The position numbers were made by a program, and so were the translations under genes. A DNA stretch of 64,000 nt from assembly GCA_963666315.2 (NCBI GenBank), contig CAXXHG010000003.1:8134-72133 (forward strand), written 5' to 3'. The notes under the pieces are model-generated. The model made no database searches, was not told the origin of the DNA, and saw only the letters and a program-made list of their open reading frames with translations. Origin of the DNA: Candidatus Binatia bacterium (GTDB lineage Bacteria > Desulfobacterota > Binatia > Bin18). Below are positions 9,848 through 19,276 of the stretch, piece by piece. Numbering within the stretch: the stretch's first letter is position 1; each line of letters begins with the position of its first letter.

Positions 9848-10522
9848 TCAAGACAAAAAATCCAACGAAAAATCCAGGCTTTCAAGCGTATACGTCACAC
9901 CTAGGGTCTGCTGCAAAAGTGCGTTTACTTTATCGACTCGGCGTTCTCGAAGATAGTCCAACAACGCGGACTCGGCCAAGCTGGTGAATAGTCGCCGGCG
10001 TTCTTCTGCGGTCCGTTTCTCCTGGATGATGCGCTCACGAACGCGGCCTAAAAGCTGGAGCACCAGGGCATATTCCGGTCCGAACTGCCCGGCCAAGTCT
10101 CGACATATTTTCTTTGCCAGCGCAGGACTCGCGCCGCTGGTTGAGACGGCAATAGTCAAATCGCCCTGTTTGATCACAGCCGGGACGATAAACGAACACA
10201 GCGCTGGCTGATCCACAATATTACACAATACCCCAGCCTGTTTGGCGTCTGCCGCAACGTACTGTTGCAAAGCGGTATCGTCGGTTGCGGCAATGATGAG
10301 CGATACTCCAGCCAAATCGTCGGGCTGATACGGTCGCTGGTGAACGGTAATCCGTCCTTCTCTTCCGAGTGCTTGAAGATGAAGCGTGAGTTCCGGACTG
10401 ACCAGCCTGATGTTGCCACCAGCCTCGAGTAGGGAGTCAACCTTACGCTCGGCTACCGTCCCCCCGCCAACAACCAGGCAGACAGTCTCTTTTAGATTCA
10501 GAAAAACGGGGTAAAAGGCCAT
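9848..10522 (-). CDS. Precorrin-2 dehydrogenase / sirohydrochlorin ferrochelatase (SirC/Met8/CysG N-domain)
   Basis: YPVFLNL, VVGGGTVAERK, IAVSTSGASPALAK. Confidence 0.93.
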   Translation of the reverse strand: MAFYPVFLNLKETVCLVVGGGTVAERKVDSLLEAGGNIRLVSPELTLHLQALGREGRITVHQRPYQPDDLAGVSLIIAATDDTALQQYVAADAKQAGVLCNIVDQPALCSFIVPAVIKQGDLTIAVSTSGASPALAKKICRDLAGQFGPEYALVLQLLGRVRERIIQEKRTAEERRRLFTSLAESALLDYLRERRVDKVNALLQQTLGVTYTLESLDFSLDFLS

Positions 10523-10613
10523 GCGCTCCCACCTCTCGCAGCACGACCAAATCGTATCATAAAGGCGTTGAGGGGGGTAAGTGTTTTACAAAGATGTAGT
10601 ATTGGAGGGCATC

Positions 10614-10775
10614 CTAGGTGATCGAAATTATGATTATCGTACCGACCAAAATGGTCAGCAACACAGGGCCGAGAATACACACCATCAGCCACGAGACTCC
10701 ACGGGACTTCGCGAGGTTGAAGGTCCAACTCCTGCCACGCAATCTGCTTGGGGACAATCGTTCCCGAATTTGCAT
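10614..10775 (-). CDS. Putative 53-aa single-TM small protein (not in the ORF track)
   Basis: MQIRERLSPSRLRGRSWTFNLAKSRGVSWLMVCILGPVLLTILVGTIIIISIT. No clear RBS. Confidence 0.4.
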   Translation of the reverse strand: MQIRERLSPSRLRGRSWTFNLAKSRGVSWLMVCILGPVLLTILVGTIIIISIT

Positions 10776-10934
10776 GGCTGAAATAGCCGCACAGCCATTT
10801 TGAACCGGAGGTCCAATTCTCCGGTTTCTTCCATTCTGACTGGTTTATCTCGTCCTAAGTCATGATCCGGCGTGACCGAAGCAAGTGTCCGCATTCACTT
10901 CGATGTTAGACACCTAGACCGTCTATTTCGAGCT

Positions 10935-11156
10935 TTAAACGACTTCTTGCATGGGACGAATTCGAGGGCTAGGAAGCTCACGTCCGCCAGCTTCAAAATG
11001 GCGAATGACGTCCTCAATGACTTCACATAATTCACCATAGAGTTTTACTGGATCATCACCATGAATTCCCGTAATTAAATCAGGACACTTCCCAATATAA
11101 ATCTGATCTTCCTCACTCCATTCCACCCATTTATGATATTGATCGATCTCGCTCAT
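10935..11156 (-). CDS. HicB-like antitoxin, short form without DNA-binding tail
   Basis: VEWSEEDQIYIGKCPDL..GIHGD, overlaps hicA by ATGA. Confidence 0.8.
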   Translation of the reverse strand: MSEIDQYHKWVEWSEEDQIYIGKCPDLITGIHGDDPVKLYGELCEVIEDVIRHFEAGGRELPSPRIRPMQEVV

Positions 11157-11353
11157 TGGTTCAGCTTCTCTACAGCTTGTTTCACTTGCTTTTCTTGATC
11201 GGGTTTCGCATCCTCACCGGATTTTCCGCTCAGAGTCACCGCGCCCGCATAATTGATGTGAGTAAATTTGCGATGTGAACCTCTACCACCTGGTACTTCG
11301 TAAAATCCAACCTCTTTCAGATCTTGGATAAGTTCTCTTATTTTCTTGGGCAT
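11153..11353 (-). CDS. HicA-family toxin
   Basis: KIRELIQDL..GF, GRGSHRKFTH. Confidence 0.85.
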   Translation of the reverse strand: MPKKIRELIQDLKEVGFYEVPGGRGSHRKFTHINYAGAVTLSGKSGEDAKPDQEKQVKQAVEKLNQ

Positions 11354-11380
11354 TGTACAGTTTCAGTCCGGCCTGCGCAT

Positions 11381-12232
11381 TTATAGCCGGCAGTTGTGGA
11401 TCCGCGTTTCCAGAATCGCCGTCGCACCGATTGCTTCCAGCCGGTCCATCACGTCAATGAGTTCCTTGCGTTTGACCATCACCTGCACCGAGCACCAGTC
11501 TTGGTCTTCCAGCGTATTGATCGTCGGCGAGTTGAAGCCCGGGGTAATCTTCTGGGCGTCGGCCAACTTGTCTCGGGGCACATTGTATTCCAGCAATGAC
11601 CAGCCGCGCGCGATGACCACGCCTTCCAAGCGGCGCACGATGCGATCGGCAACCTCGGCTTGGCGCGCCGCGCGGTTCTGTACCAGCACCGTTTCGTACT
11701 GGCCGATGTCAGTGAGAATACGCAAGCGATTCGCCGCCAGCGTGCTGCCCGTTTGCACCAAATCGACGATCCCTTCCGCCACTCCCAGTGAAATCATAAT
11801 CTCGACAGAGCCGGACAACGGGACCAAATGGACGTTCGCCCCAAACTGTTGAAAAAACCGTTCGGTCACATGCGTGAAACTGGTCGCCACGCGGCGGCCG
11901 GCTAAATCAGCAGGCGTTTGAAACGCCGAGTCTTCCGGCACGCACACGGACAGGCGACACTTGCCGAAGCCTAACGCCAGCCGCGTAGTCAGATCGACTC
12001 CGGCCTCTTCAACCAAGTCGCCGCCTGTGATCCCCATATCGATCGCCCCTTCGGCACACAGCACTGGGATGTCTTCGGTGCGCAGGAAGGTTATGTCGAC
12101 CGGCAATTCGCTGACACGGGCAAACAGACTGCGCTCTTGGCGACGAAAGCTCAGACCCGCTTGCGTCAACAACGCAGCGGCATCCTCGGCCAGCCGCCCC
12201 TTAGTCGGCAATCCCACCCGCAGGTTACTCAT
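11381..12232 (-). CDS. hisG: ATP phosphoribosyltransferase, long form
   Basis: LPTKGRL, DMGITGGD, GSVE, DLVQTGSTLAAN, plus C-terminal regulatory domain (PGFNSPTI). Confidence 0.95.
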   Translation of the reverse strand: MSNLRVGLPTKGRLAEDAAALLTQAGLSFRRQERSLFARVSELPVDITFLRTEDIPVLCAEGAIDMGITGGDLVEEAGVDLTTRLALGFGKCRLSVCVPEDSAFQTPADLAGRRVATSFTHVTERFFQQFGANVHLVPLSGSVEIMISLGVAEGIVDLVQTGSTLAANRLRILTDIGQYETVLVQNRAARQAEVADRIVRRLEGVVIARGWSLLEYNVPRDKLADAQKITPGFNSPTINTLEDQDWCSVQVMVKRKELIDVMDRLEAIGATAILETRIHNCRL

Positions 12233-12575
12233 CCGACTCCCCTCTGCGGTTGCGCGCCGCTTTCTCATCCAAGCCCGAGACGCCGAACCGCCCTCGCAGT
12301 TCCGCTTCGAGCTGCTCCAGGGGAATGTCACAATGTCCTAGCAAGACGAATAAGTGATAGATCAGATCGGCCGCTTCATGCAACACGTGTTGTTGCCGTG
12401 TATCAGCCGGCTCGGCACCGGCTTCGACGACTTCGTTGGCTTCCTCGATGATTTTGTCGCCGATCTTGGCAACGCCGCCTTGAAACAGGCTCGTCGTGTA
12501 GGAGCGCGCAGGCGGATTCGCCTTGCGGTCTACGATCACGGCCATCAACTGCGCAAACACGCTGGAATTGGACAT
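12225..12575 (-). CDS. hisE: Phosphoribosyl-ATP diphosphatase
   Basis: SYTTSLF, KIIEEANE, EAADLIYH, RFGVSGLDEKA. Confidence 0.93.
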   Translation of the reverse strand: MSNSSVFAQLMAVIVDRKANPPARSYTTSLFQGGVAKIGDKIIEEANEVVEAGAEPADTRQQHVLHEAADLIYHLFVLLGHCDIPLEQLEAELRGRFGVSGLDEKAARNRRGESDE

Positions 12576-12684
12576 CGCTACATCTTCATCTTCCACTTTG
12601 TAATAGCCTCCCCACCAATCGCAGCAGAGCTATTCCACGAATTCAACAACGTGGCCTTGCCTCCTCCGGCGTAGATCGTGGGTC

Positions 12685-13188
12685 TCAACACTTAGGCGGG
12701 AACGGCCCGGAAAAACCTGCGCTGAGATGCCGCTCCGGCCACAGGAACTGCAAGCTGATACGCTTGATGAGCCATGAGCCGTCGACTTTCTCATAGCTTT
12801 CATCGTACAGCCCTAACCACTCGATAGGGTCGGCTGCGGGATCGGTGTGCGTGAGAGCATCGATGAGGTATGAACGTCCTACAGCGGTGGTCGGGCTGGT
12901 CAGTTCGACCCAATGATTCCCTGTGGCGTGCATTGAGCCGAACTTCATTTTTATCTCATCATCAAACACCTGCTGGTAGTTCGCTCTTATCGTTTCTCTG
13001 CCATGCCATTCCCCGTAAGGGCCGAACTCACAGCAAGCATCCTGGGTGAATATTGCCGCTAACGCGTTGATTTCCCCGCCGTCCAGGAGTTGGGAATAGA
13101 GCAGCATCACCTTCCGTATTTCCTCGATTTCCAACAGCTCCCGCAGTTTCTTGACCTCTGCGCTAGTGAACGGCATTTCATCTGTCAT
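12685..13188 (-). CDS. SnoaL-like / NTF2-family protein
   Basis: EEIRK..Y..LLD, WHGRETI, YDESYEKVDGSWLI. GAGGGGG RBS. Confidence 0.8.
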   Translation of the reverse strand: MTDEMPFTSAEVKKLRELLEIEEIRKVMLLYSQLLDGGEINALAAIFTQDACCEFGPYGEWHGRETIRANYQQVFDDEIKMKFGSMHATGNHWVELTSPTTAVGRSYLIDALTHTDPAADPIEWLGLYDESYEKVDGSWLIKRISLQFLWPERHLSAGFSGPFPPKC

Positions 13189-13268
13189 TTTGTCCCCCTC
13201 TATGCTCACCAGGTCACCCGAACGCATCTTTCCCTACATGGGGGGTGATCCGAAGCGTAACCCATCAG

Positions 13269-13297
13269 AAAAAAAAGGGGGCTCATCCGGCCCCCCT
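13269..13297 (-). terminator. Rho-independent terminator downstream of the LLM-Ddn pair
   Basis: Minus strand GGGGGCCGGATGAGCCCCC followed by T8. Confidence 0.75.
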
Positions 13298-13322
13298 ACT
13301 GCACTGAAGTGATATCCCCCGA

Positions 13323-13784
13323 CTAATCGTTCACCGGCTCCAATATCACGACCGGAATCTCTCGGTCGGTTTTCGCCTGATACTCATTGTACGGAGGATA
13401 AATCGCCTGCATCTTTTTCCACAAGGGTGCGCGCTCGTCCCCAGTTGCCGTCCGCGCTTTGGCTTGAAAATGTTGGGCTACCACCTGAACCTCAACCTCG
13501 GGTTGAGCGGCCAGATTGAAATACCAGCCAGGATGTTTTGGCGCACCACCCTTAGAGGCAACCACAACATAGCCTCCGTCAGACTCGCCATAGATCAAAG
13601 GCATGACTATCGACTTGCCCGAACGGCGACCCGCAGTCGTTAACAGCAACGTCGGTACGAGACCCGGCCCGCCGACGGGCGCGGAGTCCCACATATGCCC
13701 ATCTGCGCCATCACTCTCTATATAGCGGCGCCGATGGTCTGCAATCCACTCCAGCAGGCTATCCGGAATATTGGCGTCACTCAT
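13323..13784 (-). CDS. Deazaflavin (F420)-dependent nitroreductase family protein, Ddn-like
   Basis: LLLTTAGRRSG, VVASKGGAPKHPGWYFNL, YQAKTDREIPVV. Confidence 0.92.
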   Translation of the reverse strand: MSDANIPDSLLEWIADHRRRYIESDGADGHMWDSAPVGGPGLVPTLLLTTAGRRSGKSIVMPLIYGESDGGYVVVASKGGAPKHPGWYFNLAAQPEVEVQVVAQHFQAKARTATGDERAPLWKKMQAIYPPYNEYQAKTDREIPVVILEPVND

Positions 13785-13853
13785 ACTCTCCTCCTCGCAA
13801 GTTGTCGCGGAAAATCTCTGAGCGCGCGGCGACCGGCGAAAAACTTCGCAGTC

Positions 13854-14945
13854 TTATGCGGCCTTCTTCTTTATGTCACCTGCCGACCAACGACGGAGTT
13901 CCGGCATGACCTTTTCCGCATACAGCGTGACACTGTTCTTCACTTGTTCAAACGACATACCTGAAAAACTAAACGTCATGCACGGTTGGAAATCTCCGAC
14001 TATCGCGTGGCGCTCTTCGTATTTTTCCAGGATCTGCTTTGGCGTACCCCATATATTGCTTTCCACAAAAGCCTTGACCATCGCGTCCATGCCAACCTGC
14101 TTCAAGGCTTCCCCAGCCCCGCTGTAGTTGGTATAGCTCTTCGTGGTGTTTAGGTGCTCGCCAAAGATTTCGTAATGTTCTGCAAAGCTACTGAAGTATT
14201 TGCCAACGTAGTCATACGCGTACTCGTAGGCGCGGTCCTCACTTTCATCACACAAGCCAAGATCCACGATCATAATGGGAGGTGCCACTGTATTGTGATA
14301 TTCCATATAGAGTGTGCGATACCGCTCAATGGTCGGTAGCATCTCCGGCCACGGCTTGTAGGCGAACAGGCCTTGGATCGACTTTGTTTCGGCACACACC
14401 GGAACTGTATCAGGTGACATAGCCACCATATAGCGTCGGCCGTCAAACGACTTGAGCGGTCCCGGCCGGATCGCCGTCTTGGGCTGCTTGTAGTACTTGC
14501 CGTCTCCTTCCATATAGCCCTGCTCCATGGCGGTACAGACTAAACGGGCGGATTCGTCAAAACGTTCGCGCGACTCCTCCATGTCCTGCCGGAACCCAAG
14601 GTATTCCCGCTTGGCAAGTCCTCTGGCCATGCCGAACACTGCACGTCCCTCAGACAGGTGATCCAAGAGCAGCGCCTTTTCAGCAACGCGAATCGGATCA
14701 TGCCAGGGTAGGATGACGCCCATGGTGCCGAGTTTGATGCGCTTGGTAATCCCGGCCATATAACTCAAGAACTGCAGGTTATCCGGCGCCATCGAATAGC
14801 TATTAAAATGGTGTTCCACGGAAAAGAGGATGTCAAAACCGAGCGGCTCTGCCAGCTTGTTGATAGCGAGTTCCTTTTTGTAGAACTCCTCGTCGGTCAT
14901 TTGGCCCTGATAGTTATTCCAAAAAGATAAGAAACTAATATTCAC
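13854..14945 (-). CDS. Luciferase-like (LLM class) flavin-dependent oxidoreductase
   Basis: VEHHF, LPWHDPIRVAE, LDHLSEGR, GTPKQI. Confidence 0.9.
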   Translation of the reverse strand: MNISFLSFWNNYQGQMTDEEFYKKELAINKLAEPLGFDILFSVEHHFNSYSMAPDNLQFLSYMAGITKRIKLGTMGVILPWHDPIRVAEKALLLDHLSEGRAVFGMARGLAKREYLGFRQDMEESRERFDESARLVCTAMEQGYMEGDGKYYKQPKTAIRPGPLKSFDGRRYMVAMSPDTVPVCAETKSIQGLFAYKPWPEMLPTIERYRTLYMEYHNTVAPPIMIVDLGLCDESEDRAYEYAYDYVGKYFSSFAEHYEIFGEHLNTTKSYTNYSGAGEALKQVGMDAMVKAFVESNIWGTPKQILEKYEERHAIVGDFQPCMTFSFSGMSFEQVKNSVTLYAEKVMPELRRWSAGDIKKKAA

Positions 14946-15330
14946 GCTATCCCTCCTATAACGAACATCTCGCTGCGTTCCGACATATTGGCGCGCAACG
15001 GCCCCAATACTGCTTGATAAGTCTCACAGCGTCAACGACAAATGCGTTCCGATTTCATAATGCATTCTCAGGAGTTTAGTCAACAACGATTTGACCCCAT
15101 ATCTCCGCTTTGACCGTCCTCAGGGTCTGCTACATAGCTTGCGTTTTGTACTTTCCTTACCTCTACCTACGAGCCGCCGTGCCACCTCATAGATGCGGGA
15201 GAATGCCGAGCGTAGATCTTCTTCCATATCCGGCCGTCTGGCGTGGTCTTTTTCCATCCGGTATCCCCAGCGTCACAATCGATTAAAGCGCGGCATCACC
15301 TTGGCTGAATGGGTTTTCCTCTAGCGCGTC

Positions 15331-16179
15331 CTAAACCGGCACTGTGCCCTTGAGCAGAATGCGCTGATGCAGGCGGCGTTGGCCGGGTGGAAAATCCATA
15401 TTGACCGAATGGATCATGCTGCGATTATCCCACAGCAGCACGTCACCAATCTGCCAGGAATGCTGATACTGGTATTTCGTGTGCGTCATATGGGCGTAAA
15501 GCTGATCGAGTAAAGCATCGCTCTTGGCGCGGTCCATATCCACAATCCGGTCGGTACGATTGGAATTAAAGTAGATCGCTTTTTTGCCAGTATCATCGTG
15601 GGTGCGAATAAGCGGATGAATGACATCCGGCGTTTCCGCCTTTTCTTCCTTGGTTCGCTTGATAGCCCGAGCCGGGGCACGCGGCGTGTCATAGCTGTGA
15701 ACGGCCCGGAGTCCGTCGAGGCGAACTTTCATTTCTTCGGATAGATCCTCGTACGCGGCTCGCAGGTTACAGAAGCGGGTTTCACCACCATATTCCGGGA
15801 TCTCCAATGCTTGCAGGAGAGTGGCCTTGGCCGGAACCGCAAAATAGGAATCGTCCGTATGCCAGCCCGACCGCCGGTCCAGGCGTAAGTCCGCCTTCTT
15901 GTCTTCCGGCTTCTTATACGTGCTCTCCAGGATCGATACTTCCGGGACTTCCTCGTTGCGATACTTGCGCAGCAGCTGGAGTTGCGGCTCACCGAAATAG
16001 TACGCCACCTGAGCAAATGCTTGGGGAGTGAGGGGTTCAGTCCGCAGACACAGCAGGTGACATGTCAAAAATGCCGCGTTGATTGCCGAAACGGTGTCTT
16101 CGTTTACCGGCTGTGTCCAGTCAATGCCCGAGACCTGTGCGCCAAGCGCATCACTTAATGGAGCAATCTGAAGCGTCAT
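15331..16179 (-). CDS. TauD/TfdA Fe(II)/2-oxoglutarate dioxygenase
   Basis: WHTD, GGETRF, HPLIRTH, WDNRSMIH. Confidence 0.92.
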   Translation of the reverse strand: MTLQIAPLSDALGAQVSGIDWTQPVNEDTVSAINAAFLTCHLLCLRTEPLTPQAFAQVAYYFGEPQLQLLRKYRNEEVPEVSILESTYKKPEDKKADLRLDRRSGWHTDDSYFAVPAKATLLQALEIPEYGGETRFCNLRAAYEDLSEEMKVRLDGLRAVHSYDTPRAPARAIKRTKEEKAETPDVIHPLIRTHDDTGKKAIYFNSNRTDRIVDMDRAKSDALLDQLYAHMTHTKYQYQHSWQIGDVLLWDNRSMIHSVNMDFPPGQRRLHQRILLKGTVPV

Positions 16180-16292
16180 ACGAAACCCTCCCAACACGCC
16201 AATCAATCATCGCCGTGTTTCTCTTTATGCCAGGGACGTGAGAGAAAAATCAACCAGCCAGATTGCATGCGCCGCACTAAAAGTGGGCCGCA

Positions 16293-17057
16293 TTAGAAAT
16301 GCGCAAGATACCCACCGTCAACGGCAATTACTTGTCCCGTCACATAGGACGCCGCCGGGGACGCTAAGAAAACTGCCGCCCCAGCGATTTCGGACGGATC
16401 GCCCCAGCGTCCAAGGGAAGTCCGACGCTTGAGCATAGTGGCGATCTTTTGATCCGCAACCAGCGGCAGGTTTGTTTCTGTTGCAAAGAAACCAGGCGCT
16501 ATCGCATTGACCGTGATCGCCGATGGACCCAGTTCCGCAGCCAACGCCCGTGTGAGCGCTTCGAGCCCGCCCTTTGCCGCCGTGTATGCAGCATCACCCA
16601 CGTTCGCAATCGGACCGGCGATAGACGTCATATTAATAATGCGTCCGCCTCCACCCTTAATCATCAACCGAGCCGCTTCTCGGCTGACATTGAAGGGAGC
16701 AATCAGATTCACATCGACGAGTTGCCGGACGGCATCAAGCTCGAATTCAAAAAGCTTACGGCGATTACGCATCCCGACGTTATTGACCAGAATATCGAGC
16801 CGGCCATATGTGTCGCGGATCTGGTTGAAGGCAGCAGAAACAGCCGCCTCGTCTGCAATATCGCAAACCAGTGGATGGGCCGATCCACCAGTTGCAGTAA
16901 TCTCGGAAACCGCTTGTTCCAAGTTTTTCCGACTGCGGCCGTTGACCAGAACGCGTGCGCCGAACCGCCCGAACTCTTTCCCGATTTCCAAGCCGAGCCC
17001 ACGCCCGCCGCCGGTAATCAGCGCGATCTTTCCTTCAAGTGAGAATTCTGCCGGCAT
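16293..17057 (-). CDS. SDR oxidoreductase (gluconate 5-dehydrogenase-like)
   Basis: TGGGRGLG, NNVG, YTAAK, NAIAPGFFATE. Confidence 0.92.
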   Translation of the reverse strand: MPAEFSLEGKIALITGGGRGLGLEIGKEFGRFGARVLVNGRSRKNLEQAVSEITATGGSAHPLVCDIADEAAVSAAFNQIRDTYGRLDILVNNVGMRNRRKLFEFELDAVRQLVDVNLIAPFNVSREAARLMIKGGGGRIINMTSIAGPIANVGDAAYTAAKGGLEALTRALAAELGPSAITVNAIAPGFFATETNLPLVADQKIATMLKRRTSLGRWGDPSEIAGAAVFLASPAASYVTGQVIAVDGGYLAHF

Positions 17058-17096
17058 TACAACTTTTTTACTATTGGCTGATCTCGCGCATCATAG

Positions 17097-18368
17097 CTAT
17101 ACTGATGCGGCCTCTGCTAGCGCTTGTTTGAGTAGATGCTGCAAAGGCCGTTTGACTTTGGCTGGTGTCACCAACTTGCACTCGATCGTCTCACACTGAT
17201 TCGTCCGGGCGAATGCAGACAGAGTCTTCGCGAAGAAGGGTAGGAGTTTGTCAAACTGTCTGAAGCCTATCTCGAAAACCAAATTGTTTATGCTAAGGGC
17301 TTTTCTTTTCCGATCCGCCTTGGGGTCCAGTCTTCCCACCAGGCTGTTGCCCCATAATATCGGTGTAACAAAATAGCCATACTTTCTTTTGGCAGCGGGC
17401 ACGTAGCACTCAAGCGAGTAGTCAAACCCAAATAATTCTTTGACTCTGTCGCGTAGGATAATGAGATTGTCAAAAGGAGACAGCAAACAGACACCTGGCA
17501 CCGTCTGCTTGAGTCTGACCGTTTTCTTGATTGTTTCCGCTAAAGCGTAGTACGTATTCAGACCAGCCTCTCCAACATCTACGCTGACGATTTCACCCGC
17601 ATCGATAAGATCGGCGAGCGCTTGAAAGAGTACGGCTTTGCCGGTTGCGGGAAGATGCGCATACACATCTTTTTCCGTTGCCACCCCATAGGCGGAAAGC
17701 GCACGACGTACAAAAAATCGTCCCAGCTCGTCCTTGTCCGGCGTACGCGTGTCTATGCCTTCAGGTAAGACACGTTTTGCCAGGTCATAGATTCTGTGGA
17801 AATTTCGACGTTCGGTAATCATCAGAGCGCCCTGCCAGAAGAGGAGTTCCAACACAACCTTAGAGGGCTTCCAGTCCCACCACCCGCTACGTTTTGCTCT
17901 CGGTGGTAGAGCGAAGTCCTGAGAACTCAGCGGCCCTTCCTGACGAATGCGCTCAAGAACGGTCGGCATCAAATGGCCATGCGCCTCCAAACGCTCGCGG
18001 ACCCATTTATCTTTGAGATTTTGGGCATTTCGAAAGCTGCGCATACGTGGCAGATAGTAACGATAGTCCGTCATCGGCAAATAGGACGCTGCATGTCCCC
18101 AATATTCAAATATACGCCGATCTTTTGCTTGGAGTTCGTGCAGCATGTGTGGGCTGTAATCCGGTCGGCGTGTTCGCAACGTGTGATGGTGCGCGCGTTC
18201 GATCACCGCAATGGTATCAATTTGCACATAGCCCAATTTTTCAATCGTGCGTGCTATGCCCTCTTTGCCTTTGGGCAGCCGTGCCCGCCCATCGAGCAGT
18301 TGCGCGCGTACGGCCATGCTGCGCGCGTGTTCGAGAGAAATTTTTATTGGCTTCATGAGTGAACTCAC
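17097..18368 (-). CDS. YcaQ/AlkZ-family crosslink-repair DNA glycosylase (HTH_42)
   Basis: GYVQIDTI (QxD), FEYWGHAAS, WWDWKP, LLSPFDNL, ECYVPAAKRKYGY. Confidence 0.88.
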   Translation of the reverse strand: MSSLMKPIKISLEHARSMAVRAQLLDGRARLPKGKEGIARTIEKLGYVQIDTIAVIERAHHHTLRTRRPDYSPHMLHELQAKDRRIFEYWGHAASYLPMTDYRYYLPRMRSFRNAQNLKDKWVRERLEAHGHLMPTVLERIRQEGPLSSQDFALPPRAKRSGWWDWKPSKVVLELLFWQGALMITERRNFHRIYDLAKRVLPEGIDTRTPDKDELGRFFVRRALSAYGVATEKDVYAHLPATGKAVLFQALADLIDAGEIVSVDVGEAGLNTYYALAETIKKTVRLKQTVPGVCLLSPFDNLIILRDRVKELFGFDYSLECYVPAAKRKYGYFVTPILWGNSLVGRLDPKADRKRKALSINNLVFEIGFRQFDKLLPFFAKTLSAFARTNQCETIECKLVTPAKVKRPLQHLLKQALAEAASV

Positions 18369-18404
18369 GGATCAAGCGAGACCTCTAGCAGGCTCAAAGC
18401 AGGG

Positions 18405-19091
18405 TTAGTGAGCCTGAAAACTATAGATGATCGCATTCCCCGACTTCCCGACTACCAATGCCTCGCCGGACTTTCGCAAGCAATAGGCGGCTTGCTGAGC
18501 GAGCCGTCGAGACCACCCTTGCGTTGTTACGAGGTCTATTGTTTGAAATTGTTGGGGAAGCGTATGGGGAATGAGACGGAGTAGGTCTCGGGGTTCCCGC
18601 AATACCAGGCTACCCACGATCTCCAGCAGGCGCCGTTCAACAACGACCCAACCGCGCCGCCGCCGGCCACGTCGTCCATCGAAGGTATGAATTTCTTCTT
18701 CTCTCGTTGAGACCACTTCCAACTCAAATTGCGGGTGCGCAAGCAGCTCAGGGATGCTCACCAATTTTTCGAATATGCCCTCACAGCCATTATACTTTGG
18801 GGACCTCCGACGGGTCACTGCTTGGGACGACCTAGTCGGCAGCTTGACGATCCAGCGTTCACACGCCACCGGGCAGATAAGTGTCAGCGCGTGATCTTTC
18901 AGCAGAAGGCGCAGTTTGCGCTTGAGAGAGGAAAAGCCGCCGGTATGAATTTCGAAGATATGACCGTCACGCAGGACATCGACAACATAGCCGTGTACGG
19001 TTGCTTCGACAGCATCACCCGGTCTGGCATAGTGCTGCTTGAGCGCAGCATGCAACGGTCCCTCGTTCAGTGTGCCAATTTCACTCCTCAA
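18405..19091 (-). CDS. Conserved hypothetical protein, possible PD-(D/E)XK nuclease fold
   Basis: IGTLNEGPLHAALK, VVDV......FEIHTG, RRRSPK. Confidence 0.65.
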   Translation of the reverse strand: MRSEIGTLNEGPLHAALKQHYARPGDAVEATVHGYVVDVLRDGHIFEIHTGGFSSLKRKLRLLLKDHALTLICPVACERWIVKLPTRSSQAVTRRRSPKYNGCEGIFEKLVSIPELLAHPQFELEVVSTREEEIHTFDGRRGRRRRGWVVVERRLLEIVGSLVLREPRDLLRLIPHTLPQQFQTIDLVTTQGWSRRLAQQAAYCLRKSGEALVVGKSGNAIIYSFQAH

Positions 19092-19153
19092 CAGCCCCGT
19101 CCTCTTACCCTTTTACTCTGAACAGCATACACGGGGATGAAGCGTATGTCCCG

Positions 19154-19276
19154 TCAGCCTACAAACGATCCAGCGACCGCTCTCGTCCCCCAGACATAGC
19201 CTTGTTTTGCGGCCAGCAGGGCAGTTGCCACTCCGATACCACGACCATCGCCCGTAATCAGCATGACCTTTTTCAT
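19154..19276 (-). pseudogene. N-terminal remnant of an SDR
   Basis: MKKVMLITGDGRGIGVATALLAAKQGY then loses similarity and stops. ATGA-coupled to the ThuA gene. Confidence 0.7.

Noticed and set aside
4096-10522. ccsA embedded in the heme operon as a novelty
   Set aside because: The sirC-ccsA-hemA-hemC-cobA/hemD-hemB order is common in deltaproteobacteria-like genomes.
15120-15330. Short minus-strand ORF MEKDHARRPDMEEDLRSAF...
   Set aside because: Looks like a gene remnant with no RBS and too little sequence to assign.
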